Positions 36,397 through 50,400 of a stretch of DNA of 64,000 nucleotides are shown one piece after another. The first letter of the stretch is position 1, and the number at the start of each line of letters is the position of its first letter. Source of the DNA: Podarcis liolepis (lineage: Eukaryota); assembly GCA_965112155.1 (NCBI GenBank), contig OZ218105.1, one strand, 5' to 3'. A program made the translations under genes and the position numbers. The notes beneath the pieces were generated by a model. It saw nothing but the letters and a program-made list of their open reading frames with translations. It did not search any database and was not told the DNA's origin.

Positions 36397-39300
36397 AAAA
36401 CTTAATTGTATTGTGCAGCAGTATCAGCAACCTTGAGCTTCAGACCTGGAAATACTGTTTTTAAAAGCTGACAGCTTTAGACAGAAAATCCAAGAAATCT
36501 CCTCAACCTCATATTTAGCTCATCTGTGGTACTCCGGGACTTGCAGTGAGAAAGGAATGAGATCATCGTAACGTTGACGGACACTCCAGTGCGACGTGAT
36601 AAAAAGCCTGCGCCAGTTTCTTTTTCGGCACAAGTTTCAAAGAGCCCTATAACCTCTGAGTTTCAATTGTAATGATATGTTACACAGGCCTGTATGACAA
36701 ATGATTTTGGGGATTAGCAGCAGGCTGTGGGAGAATAACCTCGTGACATATTTTGTTTTCAGTTCAACGTTTATCTCTATCAGGTTTTTTTTTCTTTTTC
36801 TTGGTCTCTGAATTAATTTCAATAAAAACTGCAAGACTGCAAAAGGACTTGTGGCGCTCTTCAATAAAAAAGTCACTTTTATGTTCTATGATAACACTGA
36901 ACAGACTCCAGACGCCCCATTCTCTTATCTTAGATATACAGTGCAGCATAACTTGGGGGAAAATAGAGGGGCTAATGCAGCTATAAGGCGAGGTAACAGT
37001 AGCAACAGTAGCATGTTAACGTAGTAATCATTCTTACATGTGGAATATCTGAGGATGTCTTTTATTGATTTCAGTTTATTTAACTGTGTTAAACCCTGAA
37101 GATATGAATCTCATTTACAAGATGGTTCTGGCAAGGAGGCAGATTATTACAAGCGCACTGAGAAGATAAGGGATGAAACCAAAAGTAAAAGATCTATTTA
37201 TTTGTACAGTATCAGAATCTTTTCATCTTGCTCTCACACACAGAGATAAATGAAGAGCAATAGAGATGTTAAAGAATGATATTGGCTAACTAGTTGTTTC
37301 TCCAGTGGGGGGAATAAATTATTTAGACCATTTTAAAGTCATCAGCTCTTTTCAAGGATTGCAAATATATTTACAAAACAAAGGAAATGTTCCTCTTTTT
37401 TCATCATCCGTTATTATACTTTTATGTCTCTATGCGCTGGTGTTTATTTTGATAACAGTGTTAATGCATGAAAAGCATGCACGAAAAGCATGTGTAATAT
37501 AACTGCATGTTGCTTTATGATGACATGTACATATTGCACACATTTGCATTTATTTCCCAAAGCATTTACAATTAGCCAGTACTTATATACCACAGGACAC
37601 CAAACTGGAGTGCAAGCAATGCATTACCTAATCTTAATTCCAGGAGAAGCACTAGCTTCTGGCTAAATGGTTCATGTCCCACGGATAGATGCATTTGTGA
37701 TCTGATGTTCTGCTTGAAAATCATTTAGATTCTAACATTTTAAGAGGGAGGCAGTAAAGGAAGTTGGAATGTGAACTGACTCCTATTCTTGTTAAAAAAT
37801 TCAGAGGTTAGATGTGTTTTGGTTCACACGTTGTTTTGAGAACTGCAAATTAAGTTGGTTTGCATTAAAATGCAAACAAAAATGAATTTCTTCTTCATCC
37901 CTAATAATATTAGTAATTCTACATGTTCCCCTCAAAAACCTTAAATTGACTTTTACATTTTGTTAAATTTCCTAATCTTAGTATAGCACAAAGCATTGTA
38001 GAAAACATTGACAAAACAGGTTCTGGTCATGGACAGAGTACTAGGGTTGCAGCTGACAGAGTCCCTGCTAATTGTGAACATAAATGAACATATTCTGGTG
38101 TAGAATAAATAGAATTGCCTTACCATGGCATGAGTCCATGCTCTCCGGAAGAAAGTCCACTGTATACAGAGAGCATGTTTTCATTTAATGTACAATTATT
38201 TGATTCAGCCAGAAACTGGACAAGGTATTGTTGATCTGCAAAACACCTGAATTATATTCCGTTGTACATATTTTATAGAGTTTGATATTATGGGACAACA
38301 ACATTCTGTTGCATGGTCTGCTCAGGTGCCTGGTGTATTAATTAGTGAAGGCAGGCATATAACTAGAATAAAAGTAATTTTCGATCAGTAGATACACAAT
38401 TAAAGCAATGTTATTCTCTTGCCACTTCAATAATAAAAGAGCCATATTTTGACTTCAGCTCACCTGCTGGTGCTTCCAGAAGGTGCATCCTGGATAAGTA
38501 TTGCAATACAGATGAAGATTTGCACCCAGATTCATGTCTATATAGGCTGTGTGCATGGAAACCTTCTTCCACGGGGTGATCTCCCTCCCTTAATTGTGGC
38601 AGTTGCGTTTTGCTGTTTCATTGGTACAGTTACAATGGGGCAGTGTTTCAATGCAAAGAAAATGGTTCCTATAAATGAATAAAATCAAGTTGTTTAGCAA
38701 TGCAATTAACCGGAATTACATGGAAAAACTGAACAGCAGCTGCATTTAGAACCCTGAATGAGCACCAGCTTTATGAAAATATGTTTATTTCCGTTCTGTC
38801 GATTAACTGAAAGTAGTGGCTTTGGGCAGCTTTATCTGAGTTTATTTGCTTCTTACTTTTCCCAGTAGAGGGTGCTATGAACTTCATTAAAAGTTGCTTT
38901 ATTTTTTCCTCTGCTTTATGCAGAAACTATTTATAACAGGATTGAAAGATTGCCGTGACTCTCAAACATCCAGAGACAATTTGTATTCTCTTAGGAATAC
39001 CATGTGCAAAGTGAAAGCATTGTTCCATCTAGCTCAACATGGCCAATGCTAAGTGGGCACTAGCTCTTCAAGATTTCAGGCTGAGCCTTACCTGGAGATG
39101 GTGGAAGCTGAACCTGGGATCTTTGCATGCAAAGTATGCATTCAACCACTGAACTACAGCCTATCCCAAGAAACGTTATTGTCCTCAGTTACAACAGATC
39201 TCCTGAACAGTGTACCTTTTGTTTCTGTGATCGGCTAGGCGACCGGACAGGTGAAGCATTTCCCTTTCAAACCAACAAATGAATGACTTTTTCCAATTCC

Positions 39301-39477
39301 TATCACTGCCTCTGCATTTTGGGAGAAGCTGTGCTGTTTTTGAATTTATTTCTATCAAACAGCTCTTAAAAGCAAGGATCTCTGCCAGAAAGAAAAAAGT
39401 AACTGTAGCCTAACAAGCTACTTGCAAAGACAAATTAAATACTTCTCATGGGGGAGGAGAAAACGGGAGAAGTTTAT

Positions 39478-39512
<35 letters not shown>

Positions 39513-39675
39513 GGCAGCAAGTAACAACAAGGTGGTGTGCAAAATAACATAACAACATAACATAACATAACATAACATAACATAACATAACATAACATAA
39601 CATAACATAACATAACATAACATAACATCATAACATAACATAACAAAACAACATCACATCACATCACATCACATC
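39478..39675. repeat. Compound microsatellite (ATCA)n - (AACAT)n - (ACATC)n
   Basis: Tandem arrays at 39478-39512, ~39544-39645 and ~39651-39675. Confidence 0.95.
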
Positions 39676-41534
39676 AACAACCACAATTATGATAGTACAG
39701 GGGTGGGAGTTGGTGGATCATGGCCATATGCAAGCTGGGCGTCCTCCTCATCAGCTTCCCACCACCCCAGCAATTAGGCTTGAAAACAGCATCCCATTAG
39801 GAGGGCATTTTCAGGGAGGGCTCAACCATCACCTCCATGTGGTATGAACATTAGCCAAAAATAGTCTTTGGTGCAACCCCGACCCGGTGCCCCAATTAGG
39901 CTTGAAAACAGCCTTGAAAATGGCCTTCCTGTTTTTAAGCCTAACTGCTGTGCGTGGAACATTTTCAAGGGGAAGCTGTTGAATTGGGATCATTTCAAAG
40001 CAGCAAAAGAAAAGAAAAATGGAATCAAGAAATTAAAACATTGCAGCATCAAACAATTAGAACAGATATATATATATATATAAAATTCACAGAGCTAACC
40101 TACTGAACTAATAGCATACTGAAAATTCAAAAAGATGGAGTCAAGAGAATTCTGGATTTGTCACAAGATAATGAGTGAGTGGAATGAGTAACTCTGCTCC
40201 CCATCCTATATATACGTCTGTATTCTTCAGTCCCCCCCAACCAAATTATCAGTCCACTTCTTAGCCAGATCTTACCAGTTACTCCTTACGGCAGCCAGTT
40301 CTGGGGCAGCTCCTGATTACATCAAATCTTACAGAAGACAGGATAGATGTTCTGAATTTCTGTGGCATGTTGCCCTGGGCTGGGGGCATAAGGAGAGAAC
40401 TGGCAGTCTGCCCCAGGTGTAGAAATGACGAGTTGCAAAGCTGTGATTTTACATCTTCATCTGTTCAATGTCTTTCTCTCAGACACAGATTTGAACTGTC
40501 CAGTAAAGCACGGCTAACATAAACCAATTTCCATATGTTTTTGTAGGCACTGAAAACGAATTTGCTCTTTTATGAGTTTGCTTTGTGCTCCACTCACATT
40601 TCCAGTGTTTGAACAATGTCATTTGCTGCCATAGAGTTTTGTTTGGAAAGTGTTTTGACGCTTGGGGTGGAAGTCAGCTTTCGACCAGAACCTCATATTT
40701 TGTTGCATACAAAAGTGCATAGCTCAGAGCTGCTTCCCTCCTCCTGTTCTCAAGACGTTAATTGTTCCTTTGTTTGTGGCTTGTGCTAAATGATTCAATT
40801 CCAGCCTTGGAGGTTAGGGTCATGGTGGTGGGGAAGATGGCAGGTTTATCCTGACAAGTCTAGAATTTCTATTGATCACAAAGATCCCCTGAGCTCAAAC
40901 CCCTTCCAAAAGTCTCAGAACTGGTGCAGAGTGGTTACACTAAAAACTGCTAGGGTTGTCTCCTGAGGTTATTGCTCATGCGCTAACCCCTAGAAGAGAT
41001 GGAGGCAAGTCTCAGGGGGAACGAGTGAATAGATAGCCTGATGAGTTCCCTCCCACCCCCATACATCAGTAACTCTTTGATCAAATGCTTGGCAATGGGC
41101 ATATTAATTTTTTTCTTCTGTTGTCTTTGCAGAGCTGGTCAAGAATTGATGTGCTGGATAAGAAGCAAAGGACCAGACTGCTCATGATTCAACTTTAAAT
41201 GGCATGTAGCATTTCAGACTTCAGGTGGAGGTTAAACCATCAAGGGTTGGTTTCATGCTGTGCATATGATGTGTATATTGTTATTGCACTACAAGAAACG
41301 CACAATGGACAGGTTGAGCTATTCATCAGAAAAGGAAATTCTACACCTGTCTATTGTGCAGTCATTTGTTTAGTGAAGGGGAAGTCAATGCGGTGTTTTC
41401 TACTACAACTCCCATCAGGCTCAGCTAGCACAGCCAATTATCAGAGATGGTGGGAACTGTAGTCCAGCAACATCTGGCTACCTCTGGTTCAGACCCACTA
41501 CCATTGGCTACCCCTGGTCCAGACATGCCATGTT

Positions 41535-41606
41535 TACCTGCATTGCAGGGGGGTTGGACTAGATGGTCTTCACAGTCCCTTCCGACTCTACAGTTCTATG
41601 ATTCTT
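41535..41606 (+). mobile_element. CR1 extreme 3' end
   Basis: GGGGGTTGGACTAGATGG..CCCTTCC.ACTCTA..TTCTATGATTCT, the CR1 hairpin and octamer tail. Confidence 0.7.
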
Positions 41607-42368
41607 TGTACAGGGCTAGTGCAATGTCAGGTTATTGCTTAAAAGAGACTCAGGGTAAATAAAAGTAAAAGATAACTCCATCATGTTGATGTAGAGCCGG
41701 GGTAGTTAACCTGTGGGCCTCTCAGTGTTGCTGGACTGCACCTCCCATCAACTACAGCCAGCATGGTCAATAGTCAGGGCGGATGAGATTTGGAGTCCAG
41801 CCAAATCTGGAAGGCCATAGGTTTTCTACCCCTGCTGTTGTTATAAACAAAATCTGCCCTTTTTCCCTTATGGGGTATCCAAGAGCCCATATAGAGTCCT
41901 TACATAGGTTCCCTATTGGTAGAAGAAAATAACAGAGGCCAACCAGAGAATATTGAGAAGCAAAGCAGCTAGTAAGCCTGATCTTTATTGATTTGTTGCA
42001 ACAGGGTACTCACCCACCACACACAGGAGGGAGGCGGAATCCAGAACCAAGGTGTGCCTGTCCTTATATAGACATTTTAAATTGCCTGCCCTGAAGCTCA
42101 AGACCCCCCCCCCCGATACATCATACCTACATCACAGAAAAGGCGGTCTGCAGCAGAAATCTGAGTGCATTGTATATCTCGTCTGACAGGTTTACCTGTT
42201 AATGCTCACTTGATTGGATACCCTGGGGAGCCTGGCTAGTCTTTTGTATTGATAAATACTTAGTTCCTGAGCCAGGGCACAGGCTGACCCCTATTCATAT
42301 CTTAAATGTGCCCTTAAGACAGGATTTGTGAAGGAAAAGACAATGGGGAGGCTTTTCCATTTTCCTTT

Positions 42369-43523
42369 CATAGAATCATAGAATCATAGAGTTGGAAGAG
42401 ACCACAAGGGCCATCGAGTCCAACCCCCTGCCAAGCAGGAAACACCATCAGAGCACTCCTGACATATGGTTGTCAAGCCTCTGCTTAAAGACCTCCAAAG
42501 TAGGAGACTCCACCACACTCCTTGGCAGCAAATTCCACTGCCGAACAGCTCTTACTGTCAGGAAGTTCTTCCTAATGTTTAGGTGGAATCTTCTTTCTTG
42601 TAGTTTGGCTCCATTGCTCCGTGTCCGCTTCTCTGGAGCAGCAGAAAACAACCTTTCTCCCTCCTCTATGTGACATCCTTTTATATATTTGAACATGGCT
42701 ATCATATCACCCCTTAACCTCCTCTTCTCCAGGCTAAACATGCCCAGCTCCCTTAGCCGTTCCTCATAAGGCATCGTTTCCAGGCCTTTGACCATTTTGG
42801 TTGCCCTCCTCTGGACACGTTCCAGTTTGTCAGTGTCCTTCTTGAATTGTGGTGCCCAGAACTGGACACAGTACTCCAGGTGAGGTCTGACCAGAGCAGA
42901 ATACAGTGGCACTATTACGTCCCTTGATCTAGATGCTATACTCCTATTGATGAGGCCCAGAATTGCATTGGCTTTTTTAGCTGCCACGTCACACTGTTGG
43001 CTCATGTCAAGTTTGTGGTCAACCAAGACTCCTAGATCCTTTTCACATGTACTGCTCTCAAGCCAGGTGTCACCCATCTTGTATTTGTGCCTCTCATTTT
43101 TTTTGCCCAAGTGCAATACTTTACATTTCTCCCTGTTAAAATTCATCTTGTTTGTTTTGGCCCAGTTTTCTAATCTGTCAAGGTCATTTTGAAGTGTGAT
43201 CCTGTCCTCTGGGGTGTTAGCCACCCCTCCCAGTTTGGTGTCATCTGCAAATTTGATCAGGATGCCCTTGAGTCCATCATCCAAGTCGTTGATAAAGATG
43301 TTGAATAAGACCGGGCCCAAGACAGAACCCTGTGGCACCCCACTAGTCACTCTTCTCCAGGATGAAGAGGAACCATTGATGAGCACCCTTTGGGTTCGGT
43401 CAGTCAGCCAGTTACAAATCCACTGAGTGGTAGCATAGTCAAGACCACATTTTACCAGCTTCTTTACAAGAATATCATGGGGCACCTTGTCAAATGCCTT
43501 ACTGAAATCAAGGTAGGCTATAT
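42369..43523 (-). mobile_element. Young 5'-truncated CR1 LINE
   Basis: (ATTCTATG)n tail, short 3' UTR, uninterrupted ORF2 C-terminal part; duplicated TCCTTT at both junctions. Confidence 0.96.
42448..43485 (-). pseudogene. CR1 ORF2 reverse-transcriptase fragment (345 aa, no stops, lacks N-terminus)
   Basis: [28 protein letters not shown] and [13 protein letters not shown] motifs; frame continues upstream as [15 protein letters not shown]. Confidence 0.95.
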
Positions 43524-46500
43524 CCTTTGACCTTGCAGAGAAAACATTTGGTCAGTTTGGGAATCAAAAATGGTTTCAGGTCGGTCTTGCTGTGCTGAAC
43601 TATGTACGTGCTTGGTTGATACACTTATGAACATTTAACATATATCTAAGACCTCAAAATTCCTATCACACTGTAGAGAACAAGCTCTAGGCTCCATGTT
43701 TTGCCAAATGGCAGCTTCCTTCCTCATTTTCAGATGAAATGTGATACACAACAACATACATGCAAGGGGGGGGGGGAGACGATGTGCCATTCTGAATTAT
43801 TTTGCACCGTCAAGTGCAACATATTAGAAGGCCAGCTTTTTAAAAACATATATTTAAACTTTCAACCATGTAAATGAGATTTTGTGTGTATTACGGTAAG
43901 AAGCCAGTTTCATCTAAAAGAAGAAAGATGGTGAGCAATGCCCATGAAGCTTGAGAAACGCAAAAAAGTTTTCTCTGACTTGTGGTGCCTTCCTCCACGG
44001 AGGAAATAGTAATGGACCTTCAACTCCCCACCTTGATCCTTCACTGCTACACCACTGTTGCTAGGGTAGGACACTTGCCTTTTCCAGGGCACACTGATTT
44101 CACAGTGACATTATCACATGAACCTAAGCCAAACTATGGATTGGTGCAAATGTGTGGGCTTCTCAAAGGGAAGTCACTTTCCCCCCTCACAAGTCATTTT
44201 GCTGGTGCACTGAGCTAACATTTGGTTTAACATTTTATTTGAACCTGATCTTGTGGTTTAGCTTTCACAGACACATAATGAACCACAGGACAAACCTTGG
44301 TTATAGCTTGTGCCCTACCTAGAGAGGGTTAAATCATGAGCCCAGGTTTGGATGACATGGTAAGGCAAACAATGGTTCAGTTCAGCATAGCAGCAAAATA
44401 GCAAGGAGCAAAATGGGTGCATTCTCCTCTCCAGGAGCTCATGGCCATGGTTCAGCATAGCATCACATGTGAACCCGGCCATTGAAATCCCCAAACTGCA
44501 ACTTTTCATTCTCCTTCTGTCAGAATTTTCTCCAGGACAGGAAATATATCTTCATCCACTCCTATTCTGAACTTCATAACTCAATTCCCTCTCTAGCTGA
44601 AACATCTGATCATTTAAAAAATAATAAAAAGAAGACAAGGCAAAACAAAACCAGTTTCTTCAGTACAAATTATATGCAGAACCAAAGGTTTCTGCCAAGC
44701 TATGTTTTTTTAGCTTTTAAGCATAATTGCAAATCATTCCAAGCCACTGAGTCCCAAAGCAATGGCTTGGGCCTTGCTGGTAGATGCTCAGCCCATTTCA
44801 CAAGATGCCGGTTTAATTAACACAATAGCACAATTGTGAGAACTAAGTATAGCACAGACGACTTGAACTTCTAACCCGATTAGATGACACCTCACTTAGA
44901 GGAGAGGTTCAGTGAAGTCGTTTTCAGACTGAACTCTGGCGACTTGAGTGGGCAGAGTTGCTTCCTAAAGATTCCTCATTATGTAAATGATAAAGTGGTC
45001 CACAAATCTTATGCCATAGTAAATTTGTTGGTCTTTAAGTTGCCTCAAGACTCTTCATTCCTTCCCACTCCGCCCAAAGAAGGCTGGACCTAGGCCATTA
45101 TACTTCAAGCAGTTGTTTTTATAATGGAAAATAAAGTTAAACCATTGCAACTTGAAATTATTCCTGTATAGTCCAAGAATATCTAGCAAAATGAGCCATC
45201 GAGTTCTTTGCTATCCATTTCCTGTTTGGTCTGTAGATTCCTTTGGGAAGCTTACGGAACACAGACTTTTCAGAACACAATACAAACACTTTTCTTTTTT
45301 AAGATGATGCTATTTAGTAGTTTTTGCCCGTGAACTGTTATCACAAAGTGTTGGGTTTTCTTCTTGACTTGCAAACTACAAATATTAGAGATGTTCATGC
45401 TCATTGCAATAATTGAGTGAACAATCTGTGTGTCTGCTCATGATTCAGATACTTTGTGTAAAATGCATTAACTGCCCTGTCTTTTACCTTGCATGGACCA
45501 TCCTCAAGCTCCCAGTCAACCCTTTTGCTTCACACGGTCCAAGCCTACCTTTCCTCTGATTGCTGCAACTGAATCCCACTGGTTTTGACTCACGTGACTT
45601 CTTTAATATGATTAATGCCATAGCAGCACCATGGACATTCCTCACTTTTAAAGCCCTTGAAACAACAGTGGTGACAAAGAACAGGTTAAGTCCTAACAGA
45701 TCTCTCATTTGCAAGGAATTACCTAAGAATGCTTCTAGAGCTATTGCTTGCGTTCTCATTTATTATGCAGTCTTTCCCCCTATTATCATTACCAACCGGG
45801 TGCTTTGATGTTTCATTCTATCGCTGTGAGAAATGTACCTTGTAAGTGATCTCAAAATGATGCATATAGCTGGTGGTGTCATGGAGCAGAAACACAGGGA
45901 GAGCGCCACTTCTGGTCTTTTTTCTGGAGCTTGAGGGATGCTGTCATTTGCTGGGGCAGCATTTTCCAGGGTTTTAAGTTTGGAAGTTTAGAGGACAGAT
46001 GTGGCCTCATTATCCCTTTGTTAGGTATGGTGGACAGTGATGGGCCCAAGGTGAGCTTTATGGCTAAATCTCAGGGGTGTGGATTCAAGTGTACCCGCTC
46101 AAAGTCTGACCCTTGCACGCTCCATTGCCTGACCACTGTTCTATGACTGCTAATTGATACTAATAAAATGGGTATTATGTGATGTACTCCTGCTCTTTGG
46201 GATATGGATCAACACAGCTGCCTTCATTTTGGGACTCTCATTGAGAGCATGGCTGTGGGCTCATTTTGGTGGCAGGGCTATGGGGACTGTCACAATGAGT
46301 TCCTGCACATCAAAATTTGCTGCTACATTGCTGTAGGAAGTCCATGCATAGCTGCCATATAGAGAGTACAAAAACACACAGGGCACAATTCTCTGGCAAG
46401 CTCCATAAAAGGAATACCTGTTCCTCTGAATATGCAGGTAAAAAAAAATGGCTCCAAATTGCATCCTTCTGCCTCAATAGACCCTTAACCTCATCAGCAG

Positions 46501-47087
46501 AGGGGGAAAGTGAAATTTGTAAATAATGATATTTGCTGTGTGGACATGATAGTTAACTTGTAATGATGGATTGGATTTAGACTAAGGTGGTAATACTTAG
46601 TTCTCATTGAAATCAGTGGGACTTAAATCTTCACTCATTTGTCTCATGAATTTCCATGAAACCAATGTTCAACTAATAAGCAATGCAATGCAGTCCTGTG
46701 TGTGTCTACTTAGAAGGAAGACTCATTGAGTTCCCAGGTAAGTATGCATAGAATTACACCTTTAATCTAGATCCAATCACATTTTTTACAAAATGTTCAG
46801 TGTAAAACAGATCCACAGTTGTAACACAAAAACAGGGAAAGGGAATGCATGGCTTTCCAGATGTTGTAGGTCTATAGGGCACATTATCCCTAAACTCAGC
46901 TAGCAGAGCCAAGCTTGGTGATCTAATGCCAGTGTAAGCCCTGAAAACGGGGTGTTCCATAGGCATGGTGGGGTTGGACCAGAGAGGGGAGGCATAGGCT
47001 GGATCCTAAGAATGTTTGTTTCAGGACTTGGCTACACTGGCAAAGAAAAAGCATTTTATATGCGTTGTATATGCATTATAACACTGT

Positions 47088-47104
47088 GACACCAGATGGC
47101 GCTG
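47088..47104 (+). promoter_or_regulatory. CTCF-like binding motif
   Basis: GACACCAGATGGCGCTG, a close match to the CTCF core consensus; motif evidence only. Confidence 0.5.
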
Positions 47105-48809
47105 TAGAGTTCCGTTTTTGCCAACCCAATTTCTCATACAAAGTTTACAACGCGTTTAACTGAAACGCTTCTTTGATGTATCTAGATCCAGCTTCAGTCA
47201 CATAGCTTGGCAGCCCAGCATTAAGCTGGCAAAATGGGTGGTATACTTCAAACAAAACTGTAAAGCCTTTTTCTTTCTTTCTGCCAGTCTTGTGCTGGCT
47301 CAGCAAACAGCAGCCCTGCTGCTGAATAGAATTTGGATCTGGCGTAACTTTACATCAGCTTGCTTTATGCCTGCTTCTTGTGTATAGGATTGCTCCCCTA
47401 GAAACATGCATGCATCCCAAGCAATAGCATAGCATATCATAACAGCAGTGCATCAATGCAACATGCAGAAGCTTGGTTCTCATTGTGGAAGCAAATGAGT
47501 GTGCCTGTGTAGTTGCCCAGAATCAGGAAAGAAAATAATAGGAGTAAGTGGTTTTTTTTACAGGATTACCAAGTACAGTATTATTATTAATAATAATAAT
47601 AATAAATTAAGTAATTAGATTTATATACCACCCATCCAAAGATCTCAGGGCAGTTTACAAGGTAAAAACACAGGATAAAAACACAAAATAAAATAGTTAA
47701 AACAAAAACAAAGCAAAAACAACAGCACCCTTCTCCCACATATATTGCCTCCTTTTCAGCTTCAATTTGATAACATTAAAAGATCAGAGTAAAGCGCACC
47801 TGCAAGTTCTCCACAAGTTTCCAAAATCTGAACTGTGCTATTCAGTTTAAGAATTCTTGGCATGCACGGTATTGGATTAATCATATATAGCATAAAATCC
47901 ATCTAGCAAGATCCGTCTCTGTATACTCCCATGTTGCATCAGTCACTTATATCTAAAGAATTCCCAAAACAAATATATAGAAATAAACACGAGAAAACCC
48001 CCGCTTGATTATGAGATGATTCTGTGTTTCCTTCTTACACATTGACAATCTTTTGACTATGGCCTGCTTCTCATATTACATCTCATACGCGTCCTCTGGA
48101 GTCAGCTGCACATTCATTCATGTAGGAGAGAAGATAGGTAGACCCCAAGGCCCTTTGCGCTACATGCATGTGCCGTACCAACAACACAGGCTGTCAGGAG
48201 TGCCTACCTATTTTTCTGATGCAACAAGACTAATGGTGTAATTACATTATAAATATTGTGTGACTCAGCTGACTGTTGGTTCCATATTCTGGTCCATAGA
48301 AATAACATTGCCTGAAATCTGCTTGCACTGTTTCCCTGCCCATCATATGCAGATGCCACCATGCCACAAGTCAAGTCCTTTTTGTATACCACCACATCCC
48401 TGCTAAATATGGCCTTATTAAAACCGCCATCCTCTGTGTGGCGTATGCTATTTGTATCCCTGGCTTGCTATGGGCAGGAAGGCAAAATAAGCAGTGATTT
48501 CACACATATTTCCATTAGATAATAAAGCGATACTAAGAAAACAAAAACAAAAAACCCGCTGATATGTTACATCGTTCCTTGAAGCACTTGAAGCACATGC
48601 CGGAAATCAGCCCAGATCATCCTAATGAAAGTGGTATCGTACAATATCATTTCACGTAACTCAGCAACAGTGTGGCAAACATATGGCATGGGATATGGAT
48701 GGACCTAAATGATGATCCTAGATTTGTGCATCATAGATGGACTTGACCGAATCCTGGACCACGCTGGGTGGTTTGAAAGTACCCTTAGTGCAAATCGTAC
48801 AGTTCCTAC

Positions 48810-49258
48810 TGAGACCAGACATGATAGAAGTTTATAAAATGAGGTGTGGCATAGAGAAACTACATGAAGAAAAGTTTTTCTCCCCCTCTCATAACATCAG
48901 AGCACATGGACCTCCAATGAAGCTGAACGTTGGAAGATGCAAGGCAGGTATAAAGGAAGTACTTCTTCACACAGCACAGAAGGCAGTGGTGGCCTCAAAC
49001 CTGGATGCCTTTTTAAAAGGATTACACAAATTCATGCCTATCAATGGCTACTAGCCCTGATACTATGCTCTGCCTCCAGAATTGGAGGCGGTGATGCTTC
49101 TGAATAGCAGTTACTGGATACCACAGAAAGGGAGGGTGCTCTTGTGTTTGAATACTGCTTGCAGCTTCCCACAGGCATCCGGTTGGCCACTGTGAGAACA
49201 GGATGCTGGTCTAGAAGGGCCATTGGCCTAATCCAGCAGGCTCTTCTTATGTTCTTAA
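48810..49258 (+). mobile_element. Older CR1 LINE 3' fragment
   Basis: Decayed ORF2 end DMIEVYK..EKFFS..HGPPMKL; long 3' UTR ending TTCTTATGTTCTTA. Confidence 0.85.
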
Positions 49259-50400
49259 CCAATGGGGAAAAAACAATTAATAGAGTAGAGGATTGATTCC
49301 TAATGCCTTCCATGATAGATAATCTTGCATGTGTCCCAAATTTAGAAATGTAGTTATCGACAGAGCTCACCAAAAAGTGTTTGACTTCACCCAGGAAAAC
49401 AGACTCCGAAATGTCTAGGTCAGATTAAATATCATTTAATTGCTTTAGAAAATAACATTTAACTGCCTGAGTAGCCAGTCTTTTTAATGATTGTTTTGAT
49501 TTGCTTTGAAATGTTTTTATGTAGTTGTACACTGACCTGAAGTTTTGCAAGTGGGCAGTATATAAATGCTTTCATAAATATAAATTTAAAAATACATTAA
49601 ACATTTTCTTTGTTGATATAATTTTATTACTCCCTTCTGTCTTTTCCTCCTGCACTAAGGCTGCACTGTTATGCACATTACATAGCCTTGTTGAATACAA
49701 TGGGACTAAATATGCTATCAGATTGCAATGTAAAACTCACAAAGTAGGAAACTTTGTTCTGTGTGATAATCCTGCCTTGACTCATTGGGATTCTGCCCCT
49801 GCAGAAATTAAGCAAGAGAGTACAAATGCGCTTCTATGTTTGAAAAGACAAGGTGGCTCCAAACATTATTCGCTAGAGTAAGTCACAAATCATGCGTTGT
49901 TCATGCTTCTATGGAATGCTGTACCGGTTTACCATAGCATTATCCATTCTAGCTGTTGACTCTTCTCCTCTCATTCAAGAATACCAGCAGTCGTTTTTAA
50001 AATGTGAATGTCTGATTTACTGATTGATTTTTTAATAGATTTTTTTTCAAGAAAGTATATAGGATTCGTGCTCAAAATGCTCAGAGTAAAAGTATCATTA
50101 CAAAAAGTTCTTACACTGGAAGCAAAGCATTGTTTTGAGTTAAATGCAATGTTTCCCCTTCAATTTCTTAGTGTTGCCATTTTTCCTCGGACTATAAACT
50201 TGCAGCTGTTCCTCTATTGTCAGTTGCTTTTGTTAGTGCCCCTCTCAGTCCCACCCTTCCTCTCAGGAGCTCCTAGCAGCCTCTTTGCTTTATGGAGAAG
50301 TAGGGGTTTGAACCTGGCATACCACAAAACCCAAAACTCTAGCCATTTGCACCATGCTGGCTTTGCTGTGAACAGCCCTAGTGGATAGTAAATTCTGCCA

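Larger units (their letters stand above)
41917..43670 (-). mobile_element. Solo LTR (~0.6 kb, ERV1- or Gypsy-like) interrupted by a CR1
   Basis: Minus-strand TG...CA termini; 4-bp TSD ctat / ctgt; TATA (~42064) then AATAAA (~41984). The halves rejoin across the CR1 at ...TCCTTT... Confidence 0.7.

Noticed and set aside
45901-45917. CTCF-like GACCAGAAGTGGCGCTC (also CCAGCAGGTGCAC near 689)
   Set aside because: Each is one base short in the core spacing.
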